Shown here one piece after another: positions 1 to 9,590 of a stretch of DNA of 64,000 nt; within the stretch, counting starts at the first letter, position 1; each line of letters starts with the position of its first letter. The DNA is from a virus (Duplodnaviria; Caudoviricetes). A model generated the notes under the pieces. It was not told where the DNA came from. It ran no database searches and saw nothing but the letters and a program-made list of their open reading frames with translations. The stretch covers positions 64,001-128,000 of IMG/VR virus record IMGVR_UViG_3300028804_000002; one strand, written 5' to 3'. The translations under genes were made by a program, and so were the position numbers.

Positions 1-362
1 ACGTATTTTCTTACAGTTCCACAAAAATGATGACTTATTTTATGATTTTGTCTAAGTTTATTCATTGCTTTATGAACTTGTTCTAAAGTAATGTCGGGTT
101 TATAATACTTTGCAGCCTTAAAAACATCCTCAACACTTCTTGCCCTATGCATAGAGCATTGTTGTACTCCATTATTATTAGGTTTTCTTTTATTTGAGTA
201 AACAGTAGCTTCATGATTAACAACCAATCTAAATATCAATTCTGATAAATTTTTTGGATCTTTACCAATAAGCTTAATTTTTCTCCATCTTAAAGCTTTT
301 TCTTTAATAATTTCTATATTACTACCATTAACTTCAAGAAATAGATTATTTATTTTTTTCAT
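1..362 (-). CDS. Hypothetical phage protein, partial (runs off window); paralog of 359-766 and 8520-9050
   Basis: Manual translation MKKINNLF...QQCSMHRARSVEDVFKAAKYYKPDIT...HFCGTVRK; ATGA overlap with the stop of 359-766. Confidence 0.85.
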   Translation of the reverse strand, partial: MKKINNLFLEVNGSNIEIIKEKALRWRKIKLIGKDPKNLSELIFRLVVNHEATVYSNKRKPNNNGVQQCSMHRARSVEDVFKAAKYYKPDITLEQVHKAMNKLRQNHKISHHFCGTVRKY

Positions 363-766
363 TTTAAGACTTTTTTAATATCTGTTAACGTCGCTTTAAT
401 TTTTAAAGCAGTATGTACTCTTCTCTGTACTGTTTCACAAAAGCTTTGTTCTATATAGCCAGCAGAAATTAATTTTTCAATTGCTTTTTCAACTTTTTCT
501 CTAGTTACATTTTTAACATAATTTTTTGCTACTGAATACATATCTTCAACACTTCTTAAACGGCTACCATCGCACTGATGATTTTGATACCCTTTTTCAT
601 CTGTATAATATGTAGGTTCTTGTAAAAAAACCATTCTCCATATTACACTTGCTAAAGTTATTGTTTTTTTATCTTTTGCTTCGTCATTAGATTTTTTAAA
701 TTTAAGTTTTCTGACATAAGCATCAAGTTGTTCTTGAGTTTTTTCATCACCTCTTAATTTCCACAT
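359..766 (-). CDS. Hypothetical protein, QC-x5-RSxED...FCxxV family
   Basis: HQCDGSRLRSVEDMYSVAKNY...SFCETVQRRV. Confidence 0.85.
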   Translation of the reverse strand: MWKLRGDEKTQEQLDAYVRKLKFKKSNDEAKDKKTITLASVIWRMVFLQEPTYYTDEKGYQNHQCDGSRLRSVEDMYSVAKNYVKNVTREKVEKAIEKLISAGYIEQSFCETVQRRVHTALKIKATLTDIKKVLK

Positions 767-776
767 ATAAATAATT

Positions 777-1196
777 TTACATTATATATTTACTTTTATC
801 TTCTTGAGATAAATTTTTAATCCAAAAAGATGAATAGTTTTTAAATTGTTCCGAAGAGAATATATAAATAAAATTTAAGTTGGGTTTTTCTATTCTTAAA
901 TTATCAAATAATATTCTCTCTTTTAAATAATCTTTCTCATTTCTTATACCACGAATTATACTTACATTATATCTTTTTTCAAATTCTTGTACAAGATTTA
1001 CAATATTTAAGCTGTATTGAATATCAATATGTTTGCTTGGGGTACAATATTCAGATCTTTTATGAGGGTCGAATATTCTTACTATTTTTACTATATCGAA
1101 TATATCTTGTGCTTTATCTCGCACATATAAATGTCCTCTATGTAAAGGATTGAATTGTCCTATAAATAAACCCATTGATTTATAAGCTTTTACCAT
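777..1196 (-). CDS. coaD: Phosphopantetheine adenylyltransferase-like (HxGH nucleotidyltransferase)
   Basis: GQFNPLHRGH, IIRGIRNEKDYLKE and C-terminal YSSFWIK match PPAT motifs. Confidence 0.7.
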   Translation of the reverse strand: MVKAYKSMGLFIGQFNPLHRGHLYVRDKAQDIFDIVKIVRIFDPHKRSEYCTPSKHIDIQYSLNIVNLVQEFEKRYNVSIIRGIRNEKDYLKERILFDNLRIEKPNLNFIYIFSSEQFKNYSSFWIKNLSQEDKSKYIM

Positions 1197-1377
1197 TAAC
1201 CTTATATTTAATATATCTAATTAAAAATATAGGTAAATACACCCACCAGAAAAGAAACCAACTAAGAACAGATAATTCATCTGGTTCTGCTGATTGTTTT
1301 CCAGTAATACCTCTATAAACACCTATACCACAAGTTAATAATCCCAATATAAAATACCATGTTGCGAATAATATCAT
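1180..1377 (-). CDS. Small membrane protein
   Basis: Two hydrophobic segments; operonic overlap. Confidence 0.6.
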   Translation of the reverse strand: MILFATWYFILGLLTCGIGVYRGITGKQSAEPDELSVLSWFLFWWVYLPIFLIRYIKYKVNGKSL

Positions 1378-1380
1378 AAT

Positions 1381-1551
1381 TTAATCTTTTTTATTATTTT
1401 TATGACTTCCGTCACAATAAATTTTATCTTTTGATTTACCACATCTACAGAAAGCTTGTTTTTTACCTTTTAATTCTCCATCTACAGTAAGAACATCTTT
1501 ACTTTCTACTATAAGTGGACCATTTTTTACTATTGTTATTTTTGTACTCAT
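1381..1551 (-). CDS. CDGSH iron-sulfur domain protein
   Basis: FCRCGKSKDKIYCDGSH; start reassigned to MSTKIT (ATGA overlap at 1548-1551). Confidence 0.9.
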   Translation of the reverse strand: MSTKITIVKNGPLIVESKDVLTVDGELKGKKQAFCRCGKSKDKIYCDGSHKNNKKD

Positions 1552-1897
1552 TTTAATAATAAATAATATGTTATAAATAATTGCACATAATGAAGCCATT
1601 GATCAAATCCTACGCTTACAAAGAAATTATGAATATCTTTTTTCTCCCAGAGTTTAGAATTTAATCTACTTGTGAAATAGTCTGTTATTGTATGACAAAC
1701 GAAATACTTCTATTATCTGATATAAAATAGTATAATATGGATGCTATGTAGAATACAAAAAAATATGTAAGAGTATGACTTATCAAATCTGTCCAATTCT
1801 TTGATTTACCTTGTGCCATTTTATCTGTTTGTAATACAAAATCTGCAAACCAATGTAGAAAAAGTATTAATAGTATTTCTATTATATTCATTCTCAT
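1548..1897 (-). pseudogene. DUF3307-like membrane protein, frameshifted
   Basis: N-half LHWFADFVLQTDKMAQGKSKNW stops at 1685; C-half FVCHTITDYFTSR...FFVSVGFDQWLHYVQ continues in another frame to TGA at 1548. Confidence 0.75.
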
Positions 1898-2061
1898 TAT
1901 TTAAAATAGTTATTAACTTTTTTTATTTTATAAATCTTTGTCTTTTTAAATGCAATCTTGCAGAAGCACCTTTATAATTTGTTTTAAGAAGACATGGTAT
2001 AATAATTATAAAAATTAATAAACTTTTTCTTTCTAAAATATAGTTTATTACATCTTTCATA

Positions 2062-2298
2062 TTATTTTATTAAATCTTCTGGATAAGCATTAAGAATAGA
2101 ATCTTTATTAATTTTTCCTTCTGGTAATTCAGACATAGAAAAATCAATTTTTAATTCAGCTTTTTTACTAGCAGCTTCTAAAGCAGCTTTTACATGAAGT
2201 TTAGCAAATTTTTGTAATAATGGTATATAATCTTCAGAATGCCAATAATTTTTAGAATTTAAAAACTCTTTTGCTGTTAGTATTTTATCTGTGTTCAT
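2062..2298 (-). CDS. Hypothetical phage protein
   Basis: Operonic ORF, FAKLHVKAALEAAS...ILNAYP. Confidence 0.7.
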   Translation of the reverse strand: MNTDKILTAKEFLNSKNYWHSEDYIPLLQKFAKLHVKAALEAASKKAELKIDFSMSELPEGKINKDSILNAYPEDLIK

Positions 2299-2478
2299 AC
2301 TTCTTTTTCTTTTTCTTTGTATCCTGCAACAAAACCTAATATAAATAATGATTCTGGACTACCTGCATCTCCAAGAGTTACATTTTTAAATGCTTCTCTT
2401 GCTTTTTTTGCTATTTTACTAATTTCATTAGCTTTTTCCTGAAGTTTGTCTTTGCGTTTTCGACTTTCTTCTAAAAAC

Positions 2479-3102
2479 TTATTCTTCATATATCCATTGT
2501 TTTACTATTACTTGATTACCATTAAGTTGCAACTTATAATGCCAATTCTCACCTCTTTCAGGATTGTAGTTCCAAGCATTATCTGAATCTATTTCCATTT
2601 CCACTTCTACAGCTATAGGAAGTTTAGGAGATAGAGATTGTATATAATCTTCTGCTCTTGTTAAATGATTAAATTCTTCTTCTATCCCAGCTTTGCTCCA
2701 ATTTAAAGCAGCAATACTTCCAGTCATATGAGCATTTCTCATATCTTCTCCTGTATATTTATTCTTAGCAGAAGCTGCTTTATAACACTGTTCAACAGTT
2801 TGCTTTATATAAGGATAGTCATCCTCATGTCTTGCCCAATCTCCAGCAATTATATTATACAACTCTTGTTTTAAATTTTTTTCTATATCTGGTAATAAAG
2901 GTAAACCAAGAGATGGATTATTAGTAAAATGAACTTTCCAACAACCTTGATTTAAAGCTGCTTTATGAAAGCATTCTTCCATGTTTACCCACAATCTTCC
3001 TACTATATCTATGATAGTATCATTAGACTTTCCAGAATCTTCTTTATCTATCCCATACATATACCCATCTGATAAATATATAATATCGTATCGTTTTGTC
3101 AT
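2479..3102 (-). CDS. Hypothetical phage protein
   Basis: 207-aa ORF in operon context. Confidence 0.7.
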   Translation of the reverse strand: MTKRYDIIYLSDGYMYGIDKEDSGKSNDTIIDIVGRLWVNMEECFHKAALNQGCWKVHFTNNPSLGLPLLPDIEKNLKQELYNIIAGDWARHEDDYPYIKQTVEQCYKAASAKNKYTGEDMRNAHMTGSIAALNWSKAGIEEEFNHLTRAEDYIQSLSPKLPIAVEVEMEIDSDNAWNYNPERGENWHYKLQLNGNQVIVKQWIYEE

Positions 3103-3134
3103 ATTTCAATTTTATTTTGCAAAATATTTTTTCA

Positions 3135-3866
3135 TTATTTATCAGGTCTAAGCTTTACAAATCTGGGTTGCCGAAAACGATTATTTTTAGTTATTTCCAT
3201 ACACTTTACTTCAATAGTAGTATTAAGAAGTTGTTCTTTTTTATTCCAGAATTCTTTTCTCATTGCATCTGTAAAACCAACTCCTACTCCACCATTTTCA
3301 GTAACAAACTTACCAAGCATACCTTTGAGTCTACCTTTACCTTCTACAAAACCAATTATTTTAGTATCAACTGTATAAGAGGCTTTAACTTTAATAAAAT
3401 GTTTACTTAATTTATGTACAGTAACATTTTTGTTAGTTTCTAGTGGTCTTAGTACTAAACCTTCATAACCTTCTAATCTTACTTTAGTAAACCAGCTTTT
3501 TATCTGCCTGGCTGTTGGATTAGTTATTTTCTTTGCAAGAATAAGTCTGTTATCAATTACTGGAAATAATTTATAAATTTGTTTGTTTTTAATTCTTTCT
3601 CTTTCACCTTCAGGTCCTGATAAAATACTCCAAGTACTGTTGCAAGATCCGTTAAATATTTCAAATATTTGTCCTGATGGAAAAGTTTTTGGAAGATTAT
3701 TTAATTGTTTATCATTTTTACTAACTACATAAAATCCAGAGCTTTTTGCTCCAATATTTGAATTAGCAAAACCAAAAGTAACTTTTCTGCCTTGAATACC
3801 ATCTATTTTGATAGTAAACATCCAGTCTCCTTTAAGAGATTTTCCATTCCAATTTTTAAATTTCAT
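3135..3866 (-). CDS. Compact ATP-dependent DNA ligase
   Basis: Motif I KIDG, motif IV EGLV, KVK, OB domain GKGRLKGMLG/GVGVGFTD, C-terminal RQPRFVKLRPDK. Confidence 0.9.
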   Translation of the reverse strand: MKFKNWNGKSLKGDWMFTIKIDGIQGRKVTFGFANSNIGAKSSGFYVVSKNDKQLNNLPKTFPSGQIFEIFNGSCNSTWSILSGPEGERERIKNKQIYKLFPVIDNRLILAKKITNPTARQIKSWFTKVRLEGYEGLVLRPLETNKNVTVHKLSKHFIKVKASYTVDTKIIGFVEGKGRLKGMLGKFVTENGGVGVGFTDAMRKEFWNKKEQLLNTTIEVKCMEITKNNRFRQPRFVKLRPDK

Positions 3867-4208
3867 TTTATTTCTTTTTTAATTTTGAGATTATTCTCTC
3901 TTATAGATTGTAACTTTTGTTCTAGAGTAGTATTTCTATCTTTAGTTCTTAAATTTAATAATTTTATTTCGGCTTCAGTTAGATGCTTCTTATGAATATC
4001 TATTGCTAACTGTCTTCCAGTCTTTTTTCTTGAAATTTTACTTTGTCTACTCTTTTTAAGATATTTATTATAAGTTATTATGGTATTTATTAAATATCCT
4101 GTAATACCTATTATTGCAATTATGATAATTACTTTCATAAAATAAAGTTTAAAAAAGTAGCCCACATTTCTGTAGGCTACTCTGCCATAGATACGCCGCA
4201 CAAACACA

Positions 4209-5603
4209 CTAAAATTTTGACGCTCTTTCAATTATATTTTCAAACCTATCTTTATTAAATTTTCCATTCTCATAAACAACTTTCATCATATCAGTATATC
4301 CAGCAAACATTTGTGGAGATTCTTCTTTTGATGATATTGTAGTTCCAGGAGAGTGAAGTTTTAACATACCAGATTTTGAATTTTTTGTAGGATCTGTTTT
4401 TGGAGATTTCATCACATTAAAAGATACTTCGTCTTTCTCCATATAAGAAAGTTTAATAGCCCATCTTTGTGTATCTCTAGTAAGATCTTCTTCTAAAAGA
4501 CCTCCACCAGATCCAGTCACAATATTTTCTGCTGACCAACCTGTCTTAACATATTCTTTAAAAAGTTCTGGTATACTATTTTCATCCATACCATCACCTT
4601 GAATAAGTCCTGTATTATACTTAAGAACTTTGTATTGTTTTTGATTCATATCAAATCCAAATATAGCTCCAAGCATATCAGAATATTTAGTTACATTAAG
4701 AAGTGGTTTACCACTATCAGGTCTCCAAACAATTCTTCCTTTATGAGTTTTAACAAGCTCTTTTATTTCATCGCTTCCTACAACATTTTGCATGAAGTTA
4801 TCAGCATCATAAGCATCTATTACAATACTTTTAATAAGATCTGTATGAACAGATAATTGAGCTTTTACATACTCATACTCTCCCTTACCAGGACCATATG
4901 AGCATTCTACTGAATGTTCAGTTGCCCAAACACTTTTAGCCCTACCTTTCATATCATAATAATCTTTGATATGTCTTGATGCTGGCATATTATCAGAACC
5001 TTCAAAATGAACTAAATGAGCCATACCACCCATTATTGCTCCTTGAAAGAAAGTGGCTCCACGAAGTCCAAAATCATTTACAGCAAATGGTAATACCAAT
5101 TCAGATATATCACTTGTCTGTTCAAATATTGGTTTAATAGCTTTTTTTATATTCATGCTCCTTGTACATACAGCTGAACTGTACCAAGGCCACATTAAAA
5201 AGTCTTCGAAATGCGAAATCATATTTGCAAACCATGGTTCTGTACTTTCAATAGTAAAGCAAACATTACCTTCTTCAATAATCGTACCCTCGGGTACTGA
5301 CATTATTTTTAAAGGTAAATAACCAAGATCTCTTACTTTTTGCCAAACTTCTCTATTAAAAAGTTTGTCAGTACCAAAAGTCATAAAGCACTCTTCTTGT
5401 GCTTCTTCTATCATTTCTGTAGTAATTCTTGGTAAAAAATGTTCTTGAATTATTGGCTGTAATCCAAAGAAACATATAAATTTATTCTTACCTCCAACTC
5501 TTGGTTCTCCGTAAGAATAAAATTTTGTTATATTTTTTGGTCTCTGTAACCAGTGACCTATTTTATAGGCATCTGTGTCACTTGGCGTAACTATTCTAGG
5601 CAT
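4209..5603 (-). CDS. nadV: Nicotinamide phosphoribosyltransferase
   Basis: DTDAYKIGH, NDFGLRG, ATEHS, RPDSG, QGDG, GSGGGLL, RDT, KSGML. Confidence 0.95.
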   Translation of the reverse strand: MPRIVTPSDTDAYKIGHWLQRPKNITKFYSYGEPRVGGKNKFICFFGLQPIIQEHFLPRITTEMIEEAQEECFMTFGTDKLFNREVWQKVRDLGYLPLKIMSVPEGTIIEEGNVCFTIESTEPWFANMISHFEDFLMWPWYSSAVCTRSMNIKKAIKPIFEQTSDISELVLPFAVNDFGLRGATFFQGAIMGGMAHLVHFEGSDNMPASRHIKDYYDMKGRAKSVWATEHSVECSYGPGKGEYEYVKAQLSVHTDLIKSIVIDAYDADNFMQNVVGSDEIKELVKTHKGRIVWRPDSGKPLLNVTKYSDMLGAIFGFDMNQKQYKVLKYNTGLIQGDGMDENSIPELFKEYVKTGWSAENIVTGSGGGLLEEDLTRDTQRWAIKLSYMEKDEVSFNVMKSPKTDPTKNSKSGMLKLHSPGTTISSKEESPQMFAGYTDMMKVVYENGKFNKDRFENIIERASKF

Positions 5604-6618
5604 ATAAATATTTTTTTAGTGCTTCGTATAATATGTGATGTGCTTGGCCGAGCCGAGATATATCAAAAGATTCTATATCAAACCATTTAGTTTCTTCTTC
5701 TATATCATCTCCTCCTTTATATTTTTTAAATTCTTTATCTTCAGGATTATTTTTGTCTTTAACCATAATAGTAAAGAAATTAGTCATAATACTGTCTTTA
5801 GTACCTCTATATCTATAGTCATCTATTTTGAATGAATCTATATATTTTAATGGTACTATTATATCAGAGTTTTCAAGATTACTAATCTCTTCATTTAACT
5901 CTCTGAATGCAGCATGCATGTAATTCTTATCTGAAGTATCGACAAATCCTCCTAAAAAACGATATTCTTTTTCTCCTGGTTTTCTTACAAGTAGCATATT
6001 CTGATTTTCTCCAATTATAGCTATATCTACAGTAGAATAAACTATTGGAAATCTATTTTCTATTCCATGAATTAAACCAACACGCATTTGTTTATTAAAA
6101 TCTGTAGCATTTATTTCTTTAAGTCCTTTTCTTATCTTACTTGATGAAATATCATATATTGGCTCAAATCTATATATTGGAAATACACCAGTATAAGAAC
6201 CAAGAAAGCTATCTCTTGAACCAAATAGTGTTGGATTTTCATATTTTGCAATAATATCATCAAGATTTTTTGACCATTGTTCATCTGAAGGATGATCATA
6301 TATCTTTTCTATTTGCATATAAGGATATAAATTCAATATCATTGCACGTCTCATTTCAAAAGTTAGAGGATTTCTATCAGTAAATTGAGCCTCAGATACT
6401 CCAAGTACTATAACTATTGCATCACATTTACTTGCTACAAAACTTATTAGACTTGTATGTCCATCTGTAAGATAAGGAGATTGCATTCTTGCTACTATTA
6501 TTCCAGTTTTCATCATTTTTTGATTTTTTGAATTATCATTTGATTTGTGTTCTAATATAGTAGTTCTATCCCTTTTATCGGGAGATGTTCTATTTATTAT
6601 AGATATACTTTGTATCAT
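5596..6618 (-). CDS. nadM: Bifunctional NMN adenylyltransferase / Nudix hydrolase (start may be ~6516)
   Basis: ARMQSPYLTDGH, RNPLTFEMR, GSRDSF, ISSSKIR; Nudix box GGFVD...AAFRELNEE; GGDDIEE. Confidence 0.9.
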   Translation of the reverse strand: MIQSISIINRTSPDKRDRTTILEHKSNDNSKNQKMMKTGIIVARMQSPYLTDGHTSLISFVASKCDAIVIVLGVSEAQFTDRNPLTFEMRRAMILNLYPYMQIEKIYDHPSDEQWSKNLDDIIAKYENPTLFGSRDSFLGSYTGVFPIYRFEPIYDISSSKIRKGLKEINATDFNKQMRVGLIHGIENRFPIVYSTVDIAIIGENQNMLLVRKPGEKEYRFLGGFVDTSDKNYMHAAFRELNEEISNLENSDIIVPLKYIDSFKIDDYRYRGTKDSIMTNFFTIMVKDKNNPEDKEFKKYKGGDDIEEETKWFDIESFDISRLGQAHHILYEALKKYLYA

Positions 6619-6884
6619 GGTTTCTTTTTTTCAAAGTATTTCATTGCAATATAATGCATAAAAACAGATCCTGTTACAGCTCCTATTAGATAAGTTATTA
6701 ATAATATCCAATTATCTAAATTTAGAATAAGTTGTCTTATTACTAATAAATACATTCCATTACTTAATACTGAAGCAATTGTATGATACAATAGACTATT
6801 ACTATTTCTTGCTCTACTTATTAAAGTAAAACTTGCATGTTGTAATATAACAAGACCTAACATTTTTAATATCTCTATTATCAT
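6615..6884 (-). CDS. Small multi-pass membrane protein
   Basis: Three hydrophobic helices, FTLISRARNS. Confidence 0.7.
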   Translation of the reverse strand: MIIEILKMLGLVILQHASFTLISRARNSNSLLYHTIASVLSNGMYLLVIRQLILNLDNWILLITYLIGAVTGSVFMHYIAMKYFEKKKP

Positions 6885-7675
6885 AACGACTTAAATTTAG
6901 CAAATCCAAATGAAAGTTTTACTGTTGACGTTACAACTGATAATGAATGTGGATATATATCTGGTCTAAAAAATATAAACCTATCATGGATTTTTTTTCT
7001 TGAAATTCCTTTAATTAAAAAATAAGATCTTCCAAAAAGCTTAATATTAAGACGATAATGTTTACCATTTTTTATTGGATCAGTATGCCATGGTAATGTT
7101 GTGTTTGCCTCATATTTTAATATATAAGCATCAAATCCTATATTACCAATTCTTTTAGACCATAAACAAAATTTTTTATATTCGGCTCCATCTTGTCTAC
7201 CTTTAATCCATCTCCAAAGCTTAATTGGATCAGATTTTTTAGCTCTTTGAATGAGATATTCTGTTACTACTTTCCAATTTGGAAATTTGGATGTATTAAA
7301 ATGAATATGCTCTCCTTCAAATTCAAGTTGACCATGTTCGGTCATATCGTCTACTAAAAAATCTCCTTTTAATAGAGATTTATCAGTACACATTATAGTT
7401 TTATTAAGAACATCATAGCCTAAATATTGTTCAACCCAATCAGCTTTTTCAGTATAACAATGTGTATTAGATGGGCTTGGTCTTGTGAGTATCCATACAT
7501 CATAATATTTCTCTAATTCTTTAAAAGATTCTATAGCATCATCCAATGGATCTAATTCTATAAAAAATCCTTTTCTAGAATGTGGAAATGGATTACTTTG
7601 ACTTTGTTCTTGTAGAAATGGTTTATAAAAGTCACAGAGGACTCCATCCATATCAATATAAAGTTTCTTTTTCAT
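6881..7675 (-). CDS. 5'(3')-deoxyribonucleotidase (HAD) fused to 2OG-Fe(II) oxygenase-like domain
   Basis: DMDGVLCD, EKADWV, GDFLVDD; C-terminal KGRQ...YILKY...PWHTDP...HYRLN...FRPDIYPHS. Confidence 0.85.
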   Translation of the reverse strand: MKKKLYIDMDGVLCDFYKPFLQEQSQSNPFPHSRKGFFIELDPLDDAIESFKELEKYYDVWILTRPSPSNTHCYTEKADWVEQYLGYDVLNKTIMCTDKSLLKGDFLVDDMTEHGQLEFEGEHIHFNTSKFPNWKVVTEYLIQRAKKSDPIKLWRWIKGRQDGAEYKKFCLWSKRIGNIGFDAYILKYEANTTLPWHTDPIKNGKHYRLNIKLFGRSYFLIKGISRKKIHDRFIFFRPDIYPHSLSVVTSTVKLSFGFAKFKSL

Positions 7676-7679
7676 ATTA

Positions 7680-8360
7680 TTATCTTTGTTCGTCCCTTAA
7701 TCTGTCTTTTTCTTTTATAATCATGAGTCTATCTACTCCAATAGCAAACCCAGCTCCTCCATCATATTCTCCTCCTCCACAAACTTGTTGTGCAGTTCCA
7801 AGTTCAGGACACATTATTTCAAATCCAATACCTTCTTTATAATAATCAAGACCTCTAGGAACATTATCTCTTACAATAAGGTTAGGAGTTATCTCCTTTA
7901 TAAGATGTTCAGCTATATGTCGTAAATATTGTATAGTAGGCATTTCAGATTCTTTAGTTCCAATATATCCTGTGGGATTTATAATTTCTACTCCAAATTG
8001 AGTAAATTCTCTCCATCTTCCAAATTGTTGTTTTTCTCCTCTAAAACATTGTTGCACATAAAAGATTTTTACATCTTTCTTATACTTAAAGTATTCTTTA
8101 GATAACTTCTGAATAACTGCCGTATATTCTGGTGCTAGACATAAGTTTCTACTACCTCTATCACTAAAATTATACATTAAATTATTATTTTCTTCTCCAA
8201 CTTTATCTTTGAATGTTTCTTGGAATTGTAGTATTGGAATAGAAATCTCTGTAAACTTGTTTGCTACGACGATTTCAATAAACCTGTTAATCATGGTACG
8301 TTTACTACTACCAAATCTTATTACTGTACCTGGAGTACAAGTTTGTTTTATCTCTAGCAT
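7680..8360 (-). CDS. Histidyl-tRNA synthetase-like protein, catalytic core only
   Basis: LAPEYTA, motif 2 FRGEKQQFGRWREFTQFGVE, RGLDYY, GGGEYD, motif 3 GFAIGVDRL; no anticodon-binding domain (226 aa). Confidence 0.9.
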   Translation of the reverse strand: MLEIKQTCTPGTVIRFGSSKRTMINRFIEIVVANKFTEISIPILQFQETFKDKVGEENNNLMYNFSDRGSRNLCLAPEYTAVIQKLSKEYFKYKKDVKIFYVQQCFRGEKQQFGRWREFTQFGVEIINPTGYIGTKESEMPTIQYLRHIAEHLIKEITPNLIVRDNVPRGLDYYKEGIGFEIMCPELGTAQQVCGGGEYDGGAGFAIGVDRLMIIKEKDRLRDEQR

Positions 8361-8519
8361 AAATTAATTATTTAAGCAATAAAATAATTATACCAAAACA
8401 AATAAATCCTGCAGCAAAAGAATTTAAAATATTTGGTCTACCATTTATTGAATCTTTTATAGCTATTACTAAATTTGTTATCATTAGTAATATCATTAAT
8501 ATTATTGATATCATTGTGA

Positions 8520-9050
8520 TTAAGTTTGTATAAATTCGATTGCATCCTTGGTATAATTACCCCATACTGTATTTTTATTACATTTTGAAGTTATACTAGA
8601 TTCGTCAATTTTAAATGTTTTTAAATCTATTCCAAACTCATCAATAAGAGTTCCATTAATATATCCTCCGTTGTCTGACGAAGTTACTCCTCTATAAACT
8701 CTTTTATGAATTACTTTACATAAACCTGAAACTACTAAATCTTGAGTTATTAATTTAAGCAATTCTGTATAAAGTTTTGTAAGAGATGCTTTTGGATAAT
8801 AATGAACTGTTATTAAGAATATATCCTCAATACTTCTTCTTTTACCAGGCATACATTGTATCTTACCATTAGATACATATACAGTTTCAAGTTTCTTATT
8901 ATAATTAGAAAAGAAAGCTTTTAGAAAAGATTGAGGAGATTTTTGTTCTGGTTTAGTTAAACCTTTAAGTTTTAATCCTGGCTGTTTAAGTATATAAGCT
9001 TTAGCTTTTAATATAGCTTCTGCTGTTTTCTCTTTTTTAGTTGTTGCCAT
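8520..9050 (-). CDS. Hypothetical protein, third QC...RSxED paralog
   Basis: IQCMPGKRRSIEDIFLITVHYY...LCKVIHKRVY. Confidence 0.8.
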   Translation of the reverse strand: MATTKKEKTAEAILKAKAYILKQPGLKLKGLTKPEQKSPQSFLKAFFSNYNKKLETVYVSNGKIQCMPGKRRSIEDIFLITVHYYPKASLTKLYTELLKLITQDLVVSGLCKVIHKRVYRGVTSSDNGGYINGTLIDEFGIDLKTFKIDESSITSKCNKNTVWGNYTKDAIEFIQT

Positions 9051-9095
9051 TTTTATTCATATTTTAAAACTTTTTAATAAGTTTAGTTTGCTTTT

Positions 9096-9590
9096 TTATC
9101 TTTTCTTATGTTTATTACCTTTTTTAAGTACATAATTTTCATTCTTATACTTAATAAGTTGATCTCGAAGAACATTAAGTTTTGCTTCAACAGCACCATC
9201 AATGATAATATTAAGATATTCAAGCCGAGGCTTTTTAGTCTTATCGGTTCTATATTGTGGAGGAGATACAAAAGTAAATATTTGTGTACCATCTGGAAGC
9301 TTAAACCAACGTTTATCATAGAGGGCTTCAAAATATTGAAGTTGAGATAACTGTCTTTGAGTTATTTCATAAATAAGACCATGAGTTTCAGCTCCAGGCT
9401 CATATTCAATATTAGCAAAGGTATATTGAGAGTAACTATATCCAGCATCAAAAACTAATTTCCAATGTTCTAATATATGTGGTATACCAGGTGATATATG
9501 TCCAAGCCATCCAAGTCTATCTCTCATTCTATCTAAACTAATATTAGAGCCATAAGCAAAATATTTTACTTTTTTATTTCTTCCAAACAT
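9096..9590 (-). CDS. Gamma-glutamylcyclotransferase family protein
   Basis: YFAYGSN, ANI, GLIYEI, FEALY, PRLEYL. Confidence 0.85.
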   Translation of the reverse strand: MFGRNKKVKYFAYGSNISLDRMRDRLGWLGHISPGIPHILEHWKLVFDAGYSYSQYTFANIEYEPGAETHGLIYEITQRQLSQLQYFEALYDKRWFKLPDGTQIFTFVSPPQYRTDKTKKPRLEYLNIIIDGAVEAKLNVLRDQLIKYKNENYVLKKGNKHKKR

